Assembly: GCA_030608565.1 (NCBI GenBank)
Contig: JAUWDY010000001.1
Location: forward strand, 104,238 to 168,237
Source of the DNA: Candidatus Bathyarchaeota archaeon
GTDB taxonomy: Archaea; Thermoproteota; Bathyarchaeia; Bathyarchaeales; Bathyarchaeaceae
DNA: 64,000 nucleotides
Reading direction: 5' to 3'
Position numbers and translations under genes: made by a program. Below the pieces are notes generated by a model. That model had not been told where the DNA came from and made no database searches. It worked only from the letters and a program-made list of their open reading frames with translations. Numbering within the stretch: the stretch's first letter is position 1; each line of letters begins with the position of its first letter. This document shows, piece after piece, positions 55,552-64,000 of this stretch.

Positions 55552-56747
55552 TTTCCTCTCACCGCAGCCTCTATACACTCTTCTAGGCTTCCCAGTCTTG
55601 TCTTCATGTTGTTATGTCTTGAATAGTAACATCCTTTTGCAGAGGTTGTTGCAACTGACCTGAACCTTCCTTTCAATGGTGCCACTGCCATGCAAGTGTC
55701 GCAAGCGAATTTTCCCCCAGCCTTCTCAATTATTTCCGTGTAGCCTCTTTTGTCAGCGAGTTGTTTCATTAGCCTTGAGGTTGCAACCCAGAATTCAGTG
55801 TTCGAGGATACTCTCTTGTTTTTCAACAATTTTGCCACTTCAGCAATTTCTTTAATCGAGCAGTGGGGGCAACCTATACAGACGAAGTCGATGGTGTCAA
55901 CGTCGTCATCAATATTTTCATATGCATCTTTTATGTCCCTATCTTCGATGATGACTTTCTCTTTTGGCAGTTGATGTTTTTCAGATCCAGGAGTTATTTC
56001 CTTCATAAAAAACAACGGTTTTGAACCGTAAGTCACCACTGAAGCGCAGAACGATTTCAACTCATCCAAATCCGCGTCTTTTACACCGGTTATGTATGGT
56101 ATCTTGTTTTCAACTTTTTTACCAATACAATAACCGAGGGCTCCCCAATCTGACAATTTTTTTAGGTTAACCCTCACGTCTACATGAACGTCGGGCACTC
56201 TGTTCTCTTCCAAGTGTAGCCCGTAGGACGGTGTTTTACCTACAAAAGCCGCTGCAAGGGCTGATGGACCGCCTTCTCTGTTGGTCTTTGCTCCGATAAC
56301 CGAATTGGCGAAAGTGACTGCAGAGGACTCGGACCAAGCAATGTGTTCTCCATATGTTGGTAGGCTTCCTATCAGGTATGGTGTACATGTGCAAGAGATG
56401 ATTATGCCCATTTTTCTGAAGGCGTCTATGACTAGGTTTTGTTTTTCTGCGAACTCTTTGGAGATTCCGAGTTTTTTCCAATCCTTTAAATCCATTCCTG
56501 CAGGATTCAAGGTTGTGAGCACCTTGACTTTTCCATCCCTTGCTAGTTCATTTAGAAATTCTAGACCAGCATCTCCTAGGTTGTGATATGACACGCCTGC
56601 CACTTGAACGGAGCCCACGCTGATGAGTTTTTCAGCGCCGTAAATGTCTCCTAAGGCAACGAGTATCTCCATGGATTTTTTTACTGCGTAACCTTCTTCT
56701 CCATCCAGCATTCTCTCTTCTTCTTTTGTGAGGTACATAAAAATCAC
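55542..56747 (-). CDS. aconitase X catalytic-domain protein (DUF521), putative phosphomevalonate dehydratase large subunit
   Basis: 401 aa. LTKEEERMLDGEEG N-terminus. Cys residues suited to an Fe-S cluster. Adjacent to the DUF126 partner. Confidence 0.8.
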   Translation of the reverse strand: MIFMYLTKEEERMLDGEEGYAVKKSMEILVALGDIYGAEKLISVGSVQVAGVSYHNLGDAGLEFLNELARDGKVKVLTTLNPAGMDLKDWKKLGISKEFAEKQNLVIDAFRKMGIIISCTCTPYLIGSLPTYGEHIAWSESSAVTFANSVIGAKTNREGGPSALAAAFVGKTPSYGLHLEENRVPDVHVDVRVNLKKLSDWGALGYCIGKKVENKIPYITGVKDADLDELKSFCASVVTYGSKPLFFMKEITPGSEKHQLPKEKVIIEDRDIKDAYENIDDDVDTIDFVCIGCPHCSIKEIAEVAKLLKNKRVSSNTEFWVATSRLMKQLADKRGYTEIIEKAGGKFACDTCMAVAPLKGRFRSVATTSAKGCYYSRHNNMKTRLGSLEECIEAAVRGKWS

Positions 56748-58051
56748 AAGAATTTGTTTAGATCAACTCTTCTGTATCCCTCTTTTCTAAACCCTTTACC
56801 CGTTTTTTTGAACGGAATCGTCGCGTCCAACCCCATCTTACATGTTGTCGCTTTTTTTCCTTCAGTCAAATCTCCAGATGGATCAAGAGAAGACCCTCTT
56901 TGTTTTGGCAGGATAACAGCGTCTTTATCTGCCTGAAATCTCGTTGCAATGCCCCATTCAACGTCGTTTGGATCATAGATGTTTATATCGTCATCCACAA
57001 CAATACAGTGTTTCAATGAGCTGTGGCCTTTAAAGGCTGCTTCAATCGTTTTCTTTCCGTCATCTGGATTCCGTTTCTTTATTTGCACCACCGCGTGGAG
57101 CCAGCTACAACCGCCAGGAGTTATGTAAACATCTTTACATTCGCAGACTTTATTCACTTCGTTAAAAATTGTTGGTTCTCTAGGCATTCCCATCAAGAAT
57201 TTATGTTCGTTTCTTCCAGCAAGTATGGTTTGGTAAACGGGATTTTCTCTGTGAGTTATGCAGTTGATTTCTATCACTGGTTGCTGTCTTACTCTATCGA
57301 TAATTCCTGTCAGATCTAAGAATGGCCCCTCTTCTGTTCTTTCTTTTGTTATCCTTCCTTCTAATACAACCTCGCAGTCCTTCGGGACTTCAATGTCAAT
57401 GGTTTTACACTTCACCAACTCTGTTTTTTCCAGTGCGTTCGCCATTCCCATTTCGTCAACGCCTTTTGGTAGAGATGTGGCGGCAGCAAGAAGAACAGCT
57501 GTTGAGTTGCCTATGCAAATTGCGATGTCGAGTTCACCGCCAGACTTTTTAAGGGCAGTGTCGGTTCCCCTCTCTTCAACGATCCTAGCTACGAACCTGT
57601 TTTTACCTAGTAGCATCAACCTGTGGAAACATGTGTTTCTGCCTAATTCAGGATCTTTTATTATGCAGATAGCCGATGCGATGTATTTTCCGCCGTCTTT
57701 TTCTGTGTACCTCATTATGGGAAGCTTTGTTAGATCAACATCTTTCTCAACTATTTCCTGGCATTCTCCCTTCTCCACAACATCGGGGTGCACAGGGTTT
57801 TCTATGGCATTGGATAACTTGTGCAACAATTGTGCCTTCTTAATGTTCAACGCTTGGGCAATCAGTTTTTTAGAAGAGATGAGGCCGCCTACAACGGGGA
57901 TGCTTGATTCTTTCACTTTCTCAAAGAATACGGGTTTCTCGCCGAGAGCATCTATAATCCCTGCTATCTCATACTCGGTTGACACTTCCTTTTTAATTCT
58001 TATCAATTCTCCATTTTTGTCAAGCTGTTCCAGAAAACTTCTAAAACCCAA
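56744..58051 (-). CDS. UbiD-family decarboxylase, putative trans-anhydromevalonate-5-phosphate decarboxylase
   Basis: 435 aa with UbiD-like sequence throughout. Sits between mvk and the aconitase X genes with a 4-nt overlap. Confidence 0.75.
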   Translation of the reverse strand: MGFRSFLEQLDKNGELIRIKKEVSTEYEIAGIIDALGEKPVFFEKVKESSIPVVGGLISSKKLIAQALNIKKAQLLHKLSNAIENPVHPDVVEKGECQEIVEKDVDLTKLPIMRYTEKDGGKYIASAICIIKDPELGRNTCFHRLMLLGKNRFVARIVEERGTDTALKKSGGELDIAICIGNSTAVLLAAATSLPKGVDEMGMANALEKTELVKCKTIDIEVPKDCEVVLEGRITKERTEEGPFLDLTGIIDRVRQQPVIEINCITHRENPVYQTILAGRNEHKFLMGMPREPTIFNEVNKVCECKDVYITPGGCSWLHAVVQIKKRNPDDGKKTIEAAFKGHSSLKHCIVVDDDINIYDPNDVEWGIATRFQADKDAVILPKQRGSSLDPSGDLTEGKKATTCKMGLDATIPFKKTGKGFRKEGYRRVDLNKFL

Positions 58052-58102
58052 TCTTATCCCTGCTATAAAGGTAGTTTCTTGTTTCTGATAAGGCTATTCT
58101 CT

Positions 58103-59047
58103 TTATATTTTTTGAATCCCGATCTTTGCTCTCAGTACTTTGAATCCCTCTTTTTCCATTGCTGTGGCAACCGCTTCTTGCAGTTCTTTTCCTGGCGTTA
58201 ACGCTACCATGCAGCCTCCACCGCCACCGCCAGTTAGTTTTGCTCCAAACGCGCCCTGCTCTCGAGTTAAATTGATCAGATAATCCAATTCTTTGCAAGA
58301 AACCTCAATTTGTTGCAGTAAGCCATGATTTTCGTTCATTAACCTTCCGACTTTTCTTAAATCAAAATCTTCTAAGGTCTTTCTCGCCTCGAGCGCTAAC
58401 CATTCTGCTTGATTGAACAATGGATCGTATTTTTCTGGATTTTCGTTCTTTCTTTCCGCAACGCCTGCAACCATTTCTTTCGTGTCAGCGACAACTCGCG
58501 TGCTGCCTATGACAATTTCAACGGGCTGTCTTATACTCAATCTTTCAATTGTGTTTTGGCCTCCGCTTAGATTCCTCCTGAACCAGATTAGCCCTCCGTA
58601 GGTTGCCGCGGAGTTGTCGATGCCTGAGGGTGTTCCGGCGTAAGCTTTCTCAGCTTCATAAGCAATTTCATTAATTCTTTCATCTGACAAATTCATTTCT
58701 AACTCCTCGGCTATAGCTCTAGCGATTGCAACGCTGCTTGCTGCAGAAGCACCAATTCCGCTGAAGCCGGGGAGATTTCCTCCTAACCAAATCTCTAAAA
58801 ACGCCTTTTCCAAATCGATTCCCATGGTTTTAAGCATTCTCTGAATCGACTCTTTTTGTTGGGTTCTCTTCTTTTCAGTGTAACCTTTTGCGCCTCTTCT
58901 TTCATCCTTTATAGTGATTCCGTCTCCAATTTTTTTCACCTTTGCATCAGCTGTTAAATCAATTGCAGAAACAATCCCTGGCACGCCGTGAACAACGAAA
59001 TGTTCGCCAAACAAAATGACTTTTCCGAAACCAGAACCTCTTCCCAT
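58103..59047 (-). CDS. mvk: mevalonate kinase
   Basis: GHMP kinase motifs GKVILFGEHFVVHG and PGFSGIGASAASSVA. The ATG at 59047 is preferred over the GTG at 59056. Confidence 0.9.
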   Translation of the reverse strand: MGRGSGFGKVILFGEHFVVHGVPGIVSAIDLTADAKVKKIGDGITIKDERRGAKGYTEKKRTQQKESIQRMLKTMGIDLEKAFLEIWLGGNLPGFSGIGASAASSVAIARAIAEELEMNLSDERINEIAYEAEKAYAGTPSGIDNSAATYGGLIWFRRNLSGGQNTIERLSIRQPVEIVIGSTRVVADTKEMVAGVAERKNENPEKYDPLFNQAEWLALEARKTLEDFDLRKVGRLMNENHGLLQQIEVSCKELDYLINLTREQGAFGAKLTGGGGGGCMVALTPGKELQEAVATAMEKEGFKVLRAKIGIQKI

Positions 59048-59212
59048 CGAAACCACCTAGGTAATCAATGGTTTCCAAAAATTTAAATAGATGGATTATG
59101 CGGGTTCCGAAGTTAAACTCATCGAAGAGGCTAAAGACTCTCTGTGAAGCGGTTAGGGGAGTGCATGCATGCATGTGTTGTTGAAATGCCATAATTTACT
59201 CGGAAGTCATGA

Positions 59213-59500
59213 TCAAATCGGTATCAATGGTGTTAGGAATCTCGTCATTGTTGCCAAGAGAGTAGCTAAAAAGAATGTTAATAAAGTGGCTTGAATGGCA
59301 GTTTTCCATCCGAGTTCTTTAACTATCATTCCAATCGACGTGAAGCAAGGGACAAAGAAAATCGTGAAGACGGTGAAGGTTAACGTCTGAGCCGTTGTAA
59401 GAGCAAACTGTATATCAATAGGGGCGAGTGCCTCCGCCAACATAATTAACGCCAGCTCTCTTCGAGGCATCGTCCAATCTTCACGGTTTTCAGGCAACAT
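59213..59500 (-). CDS. stand-alone FeoB C-terminal-like membrane fragment (possible pseudogene or accessory subunit)
   Basis: 95 aa. TFTVFTIFFVPCFTSIGMIVKELGWKTAIQATLL mirrors the C-terminal ...YIPCIATIAALVREFGWKKAL... of the feoB at 63083. Confidence 0.45.
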   Translation of the reverse strand: MLPENREDWTMPRRELALIMLAEALAPIDIQFALTTAQTLTFTVFTIFFVPCFTSIGMIVKELGWKTAIQATLLTFFLATLLATMTRFLTPLIPI

Positions 59501-59537
59501 TGGCCTTATTGAAGGTCATATAAATGCGCATTTTTTA

Positions 59538-61652
59538 TCAGCCGAATCCTAAAATGTGAGCAGACTGAGCAACGACGAAGCAGACTAGGAACGCGACCAC
59601 CAGTGGAATTAGGTTTGACAAAAACGTCCACTTAGCACTTCCCGTTTCCTTCCAAATAGTGTGGGTGGTAGTTGCGCATGGATAATGAAGCACCGAAAAT
59701 AGCATCAAGCAGATTGCTGTGACGACAGTGAACCCTTGAGCTACAAAGAGCGCGTGAAGTCCAGCCATGCTTTCGAGTTCAATCATCATGCTGGCGCCCA
59801 TGTAGCCCATAATTATTGTTGGGATGATAATCTCGTTGGCCGGGAGGGCGACAATGTAGGCCAGTAGAATGATACCGTCAAGACCGATCAATAGTCCGAT
59901 GGGTGAGAGAATACCTGCAAGGTAAGTCATTAGGGTCTCGCTTCCAACATACACATTCCCCAAGATCCAGATGATTGCACCTGCTGGTGCAGCCCAAACT
60001 ATGGCACGATATAAAACTTTGATCGTTCGATCAATCAATGAAGTGTAGAGGACGCGGAAAATCTGCGGACGACGATACGATGGCATTTCCAGGGTGAAGA
60101 ACGAACTCTCGCCTTTAAGCAGTGTACGTGAAAGCACGGCTGATATTATGAAGGTTGCAAAGATGCCAACCAACGTAATAGCAACCATCACAGCTGCAGC
60201 TACTATGGATGACACGGCTGATGGGAACATTGGTGCCACGAAAACAGTTGTCACCAGAATGAGGGTGGGCCAACGGCCGTTGCACGGTACGAAGTTGTTG
60301 GTAAGGATGGCGATAAGCCGTTCACGAGGTGAGTTGATGCTTCTGCAGGAGATGACCCCTGTGGCGTTGCAGCCGAAGCCCATACACATAGTGATGGCTT
60401 GCTTTCCATGTGCACCGGCCCACTTGAAGATTCGGTCAATATTAAATGCGACTCTCGCTAAGTAACCGAAATTCTCAAAGAGCGTAAAGAGAGGAAAAAA
60501 AATAGCCATAGGCGGCAACATGACGGCCACAACCCACGCGAGACTCCTATAAATTCCGTGGACCAGCACACCTTCAAGCCACTCCGGGGCTCCGAACCAC
60601 CTGAACAGCAAGGTGAACTGGTCTTCAAGCCAAAACAGACCCTCCGCTAAGAGTTGCGATGGAATATTCGCGCCTTCTATTGTGATCCAGAAGACGCCCA
60701 TCAGAAGAGCAATCATAATTGGAAACCCTATAATACGCGATGTCAATATCCGATCTAGTTTAGCGTCCATATCGATCTTGGGGGCCTCAGTCTTGGTTAC
60801 GGCCTTAGACGCTATGATTTCTGCGTCTGCGTAGATCGAGGATACAATGTGATCGTGTAAGGATTCCCGAATGGAAGATGCTGCAATTTGTACGCGGTCG
60901 AAAAGCTCTTTCAACTCAGCCTCCGTGGATTCTGCTATCGAAACGTGTTGGTTCAATGTTGCCAGAGACGCTAGATCTCCATTCTCTAACGTTTTACGGA
61001 TTCTAGCATCTCCCTCTAAGAGACGCATAGTAATCCATCTAGTATTCGGCAGGTCATCCACAACCTTTTTTACATAGGGGGTTACTTCGTCGAGCACCTT
61101 GCGTATCTCAGGCTTGAGAGTAAAGCGATGTGGACTCGTGGGTATGGCTCCTGAGGCAACTCCAGCGATGACTTTAACCAGATCATTCAAACCCTTGCCC
61201 ACATTGGCGACCGTAGGAACAACGGGAACCCCGAGATCGCGCGACAGTTGTTTAGCATCGACCTCTAGACCTTTTCGAGCCGCTTCATCCATAAGATTGA
61301 GACAGATTACCACGCGATTGGAGATTTCGAGAACTTGTAAAACTAGGTTCAGATTTCTCTCAAGCGTTGTTGAATCAACTACCACGACTACTACCTCAGG
61401 ATGGGCGAACAACACAAAATTCCTAGCAATCTCCTCATCCGTCGCAGTGGCGAGCAGGGAATAGGTGCCCGGAAGGTCGATCAGTTTGTACCGTTTTCCC
61501 ATGTATTTGAAAGATCCCTCGGCACGAGCGACGGTCTTCCCAGGCCAGTTTCCAACGTGTTGGTGAAGACCAGTGAGGGCGTTGAAAACCGTGCTCTTTC
61601 CAGTGTTGGGGTTTCCAGCGAGAGCAACGAGATAGTCATGGCCCTTTTCCAA
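59538..61652 (-). CDS. feoB: ferrous iron transporter FeoB
   Basis: 704 aa. N-terminal G domain [16 protein letters not shown] and DLPGTYSL, followed by a polytopic membrane domain. Confidence 0.9.
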   Translation of the reverse strand: MEKGHDYLVALAGNPNTGKSTVFNALTGLHQHVGNWPGKTVARAEGSFKYMGKRYKLIDLPGTYSLLATATDEEIARNFVLFAHPEVVVVVVDSTTLERNLNLVLQVLEISNRVVICLNLMDEAARKGLEVDAKQLSRDLGVPVVPTVANVGKGLNDLVKVIAGVASGAIPTSPHRFTLKPEIRKVLDEVTPYVKKVVDDLPNTRWITMRLLEGDARIRKTLENGDLASLATLNQHVSIAESTEAELKELFDRVQIAASSIRESLHDHIVSSIYADAEIIASKAVTKTEAPKIDMDAKLDRILTSRIIGFPIMIALLMGVFWITIEGANIPSQLLAEGLFWLEDQFTLLFRWFGAPEWLEGVLVHGIYRSLAWVVAVMLPPMAIFFPLFTLFENFGYLARVAFNIDRIFKWAGAHGKQAITMCMGFGCNATGVISCRSINSPRERLIAILTNNFVPCNGRWPTLILVTTVFVAPMFPSAVSSIVAAAVMVAITLVGIFATFIISAVLSRTLLKGESSFFTLEMPSYRRPQIFRVLYTSLIDRTIKVLYRAIVWAAPAGAIIWILGNVYVGSETLMTYLAGILSPIGLLIGLDGIILLAYIVALPANEIIIPTIIMGYMGASMMIELESMAGLHALFVAQGFTVVTAICLMLFSVLHYPCATTTHTIWKETGSAKWTFLSNLIPLVVAFLVCFVVAQSAHILGFG

Positions 61653-61725
61653 ATCCTCATGGCTCTCTTGGTAAAAGTCATGATCCTTCCCCTCTGCACT
61701 CAGATTAATTCCCTCCTACACATCG

Positions 61726-61986
61726 CTAACGCGAGGGGTTCACCATAATCTTTGAGGCGTCTTCCAGCCGCAATGCAAGGATGGACCCTCGAATTTTGTA
61801 CGCCACCGGAGTTCCTAACGGACTTTCCATTACGGCTTTGACTTCCGTTCCTGGAAGAAGACCGAGATCGAGAAGTCGGCGGCGAGTTGGACCTTCAACG
61901 AGAAGCCCTACTACCTTAGCTCTCTGACCGACTTTTATTTCTGCTAAAGTCTCGTATTCTAATTTTTGCTTAGTCATTGAGGACAT
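61726..61986 (-). CDS. feoA: FeoA family protein
   Basis: FeoA SH3-like core VGQRAKVVGL....RRRLLDLGLLPGTEV. The start is probably the ATG at 61986 or 61977 rather than the ORF-track 62040. Confidence 0.8.
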   Translation of the reverse strand: MSSMTKQKLEYETLAEIKVGQRAKVVGLLVEGPTRRRLLDLGLLPGTEVKAVMESPLGTPVAYKIRGSILALRLEDASKIMVNPSR

Positions 61987-62000
61987 AACTAAATTAGTTA
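61986..62000. promoter_or_regulatory. 15-bp perfect palindrome TAACTAAATTAGTTA at the feoA start / promoter, candidate metalloregulator operator
   Basis: Read directly. 7-1-7 symmetry. Lies between an AT-rich TATA-like tract and the feoA initiation codon. A DtxR-family gene is divergent. Confidence 0.4.
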
Positions 62001-62229
62001 AATGTTGACGCCCACTAATAAATTTTGGGCTGTCTAACAAATTTAAATAAGTCTAACATTCAGTTGAGTGCAGAGTATGTGAAGAAAACGTATTCAGACA
62101 TCAATCGCTCATGTAAAAGGCCTGCTCAAAGCTAGGCACCCGTGACAAGATGCTTCAAAGATAAATATTATTTAGTGTATAGTTTACAATGAAGAAGAAA
62201 GTAAAGAAAATCGTTTAGGGTTCCGGTGG

Positions 62230-62706
62230 TTGAACATGGGAAACGAGAAAAACGAAGAGCTTGGTAAGAGCGCGGAGGATTACTTAGAAGCAATCTACGG
62301 GCTTGTTAGGGAAAGAGGCTTCGCTACAGTCATGGACATTGCGGCATCATTAAACGTTAAACCTCCCAGCGTCACACACATGCTTCAAAAATTAGATCGT
62401 CTCAACTTAGTCAAATACCAGCGGTATCGCGGAGTTACTTTGACCACAAGGGGAGAAAACTTAGCCAAGTCGATGGAACACCGTCACAAGATTTTAAGAA
62501 CTTTCCTAGAACTGCTTGGTGTAGACAAAACCATTGCTGATGGAGACGCTGAAGAAATAGAGCATACAATACATTCTGAAACCGTCGAAAAACTTACAAA
62601 ATTCATTGAATTTGTGAAAAATATGCCAGGATGGCTTGAAAAGTACAAATATTTCGAGCAAACCGGAAAATACCCTGAGAGTTCCAGCGAGAATACACGA
62701 GATTAG
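62230..62706 (+). CDS. DtxR/MntR-family metal-dependent transcriptional regulator
   Basis: 158 aa (TTG start). SAEDYLEAIY, KPPSVTHMLQKL and RGVTLTTRGENLA...HRHKILRTFL. Confidence 0.85.
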   Translation: MNMGNEKNEELGKSAEDYLEAIYGLVRERGFATVMDIAASLNVKPPSVTHMLQKLDRLNLVKYQRYRGVTLTTRGENLAKSMEHRHKILRTFLELLGVDKTIADGDAEEIEHTIHSETVEKLTKFIEFVKNMPGWLEKYKYFEQTGKYPESSSENTRD

Positions 62707-63082
62707 GCGTTTACCATCGAAACAACATCACGTAACACCTTTTTCACAGATTTTTGCCTCAAAAACCTTTACGAAGCAGTAACTTAAAATCCCATGTCAG
62801 CATTATTTCCAAGTGAAGGCTTTTTAGTCTGCTAAAAATTTTTTGGCCAAGCATGATCGCCAGCAGAAAATAAGTCTAGCTTAAAGCAATTTATGAAATA
62901 GTAGAAAGGATACGCCAAAGTGACTATTGTCTCAAGACTACTGGATGTCGGGTTTGCCGCAGTAACAGAGATGTTTCAAAAATATCATGAAACCGGATAG
63001 TTGCCTGAGTGGCCTACCTACAGACTAGTAAGAAAAAGTAAACGTTTAGAACAACAGAGATAGATTGAAGCTTTGGCTTTCT

Positions 63083-64000
63083 TCATTGGGCCAATATCAA
63101 TAATCTGAAAGCTATCCCGCCAACGAGTATTGCAAACACTATCTCAAACACCGTAATGAATAGTGCTTTCTTCCATCCAAACTCTCTAACTAGGGCAGCA
63201 ATAGTAGCTATACAGGGTATATAGAGCATCGTTACCAAGGCGAACACAATCATCTGCACTGGTCCAAAATCAAAATTCGGAACATGTGCGAAATCCGCTG
63301 TCCCCAAAAGAGTTGCGAGCATTATTAACGTCAGTTCTTTCCTTAGCACCCCAAATATCAGTGCTATACCTGTGATGGCTGGTAACCCCAGCCAAGTGAC
63401 AGTCATGGGACTGAGGACGCTTGCGATAGGGTTCAACAAGTCCGTAACATCTGCGAGTTTGATTAGAAGACTGCCTACGATTATAAGGGGAAAGGCCATC
63501 TTTATGAATTCCATCAATCTAAACCAGGTTTGCTTCAACACTGTCTGCAGATGAGGCACCCTATAATCATGCATCTCCATTATTAGTGCGGTTGGTTCAC
63601 CGGGTAAAGCCTTGAATGCCAGTCTTCCTAGAAGGAAGATAATCAACAAGTTGATGATGTATAACGCTAAGGCCCATTGAACACCCACAAATGTCCCAAC
63701 TAGACCGAGAACGATAACTGTTGTTGCGGCGCAAGGTACCAATGTAACAACGAAGGCGGTGAGAAGTCTCTCTCTTTCCGTCTCCATGATTCTGCACCCC
63801 AAACATCCTGGGACGTTACAACCAAGGCTGAGCATGACTGGGATAAAGGCCTTCCCATGTAAGCCTATCTTGTGCATTACATTATCTAACAAAAACGCGA
63901 TTCTACTAAGATAACCGGAATCCTCAAGAAAGTATAGTATAAGGTAGAATGGAATGATGTAAGGTAACGCTATCGTAACGCCCGCTATGATACCCTCCAT
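63083..64000 (-). CDS. feoB: second FeoB, membrane domain only (N-terminal part lies beyond the right window edge)
   Basis: The frame is open to position 64000. It has gate-motif regions and the C-terminal YIPCIATIAALVREFGWKKA. Confidence 0.8.
   Translation of the reverse strand: MEGIIAGVTIALPYIIPFYLILYFLEDSGYLSRIAFLLDNVMHKIGLHGKAFIPVMLSLGCNVPGCLGCRIMETERERLLTAFVVTLVPCAATTVIVLGLVGTFVGVQWALALYIINLLIIFLLGRLAFKALPGEPTALIMEMHDYRVPHLQTVLKQTWFRLMEFIKMAFPLIIVGSLLIKLADVTDLLNPIASVLSPMTVTWLGLPAITGIALIFGVLRKELTLIMLATLLGTADFAHVPNFDFGPVQMIVFALVTMLYIPCIATIAALVREFGWKKALFITVFEIVFAILVGGIAFRLLILAQ

Noticed and set aside
57258-58088. 276-aa ORF antisense to the UbiD-family decarboxylase
   Set aside because: It is a shadow ORF. 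The sense strand encodes a full-length UbiD-like protein in an operon, and the antisense translation is Ser/Phe-rich with no motif.

Overview
This 64-kb window looks like chromosomal DNA from an uncultured archaeon. The lineage guess (TACK/Thermoproteota-like, possibly Bathyarchaeia-like) is inference from gene content only. Support for an archaeal origin: an L22-to-L30 ribosomal-protein operon that includes S4e, L19e, L32e and the RNase P protein Rpp29; a second S13-S4-S11-rpoD-L18e-L13-S9-rpoN-eno-S2 cluster; cbf5; intron-containing tRNAs; and a four-gene operon for the archaeal-type mevalonate pathway (mevalonate kinase, UbiD-like decarboxylase, aconitase-X large and small subunits). Other content includes pyrH, pyrG, a TPP riboswitch in front of thiT, hypA with an Mrp/MinD-type ATPase, and a hydantoinase/oxoprolinase A+B cluster with an amine-dehydrogenase-like gene and an MFS transporter. 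There are also two tandem GT2 glycosyltransferases, a transglutaminase-like protein, a feoAB/DtxR iron locus with a second partial feoB, and a mobile-element-like ParB module at the left edge. I found no rRNA, CRISPR array, transposase or integrase. The observations most worth a second look are: (1) a ~135-190 bp repeat pair in inverted orientation that brackets the whole L22-L30 operon; (2) a threonine-synthase-like protein whose PLP lysine is replaced by Arg and which carries a C-terminal PadR-like wHTH; (3) the palindromic decamer ATGCATGCAT, found in six intergenic sites and never in a gene; (4) rpsC (S3) and rpoN with no ATG/GTG/TTG at their conserved N-termini; (5) a shared ~40-nt element about 75 nt upstream of both rpoD and rpoN; (6) several tRNA-like remnants and a 146-nt tRNA whose introns I could not place. 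All homology calls rest on motif recognition by eye, and no database search was run.
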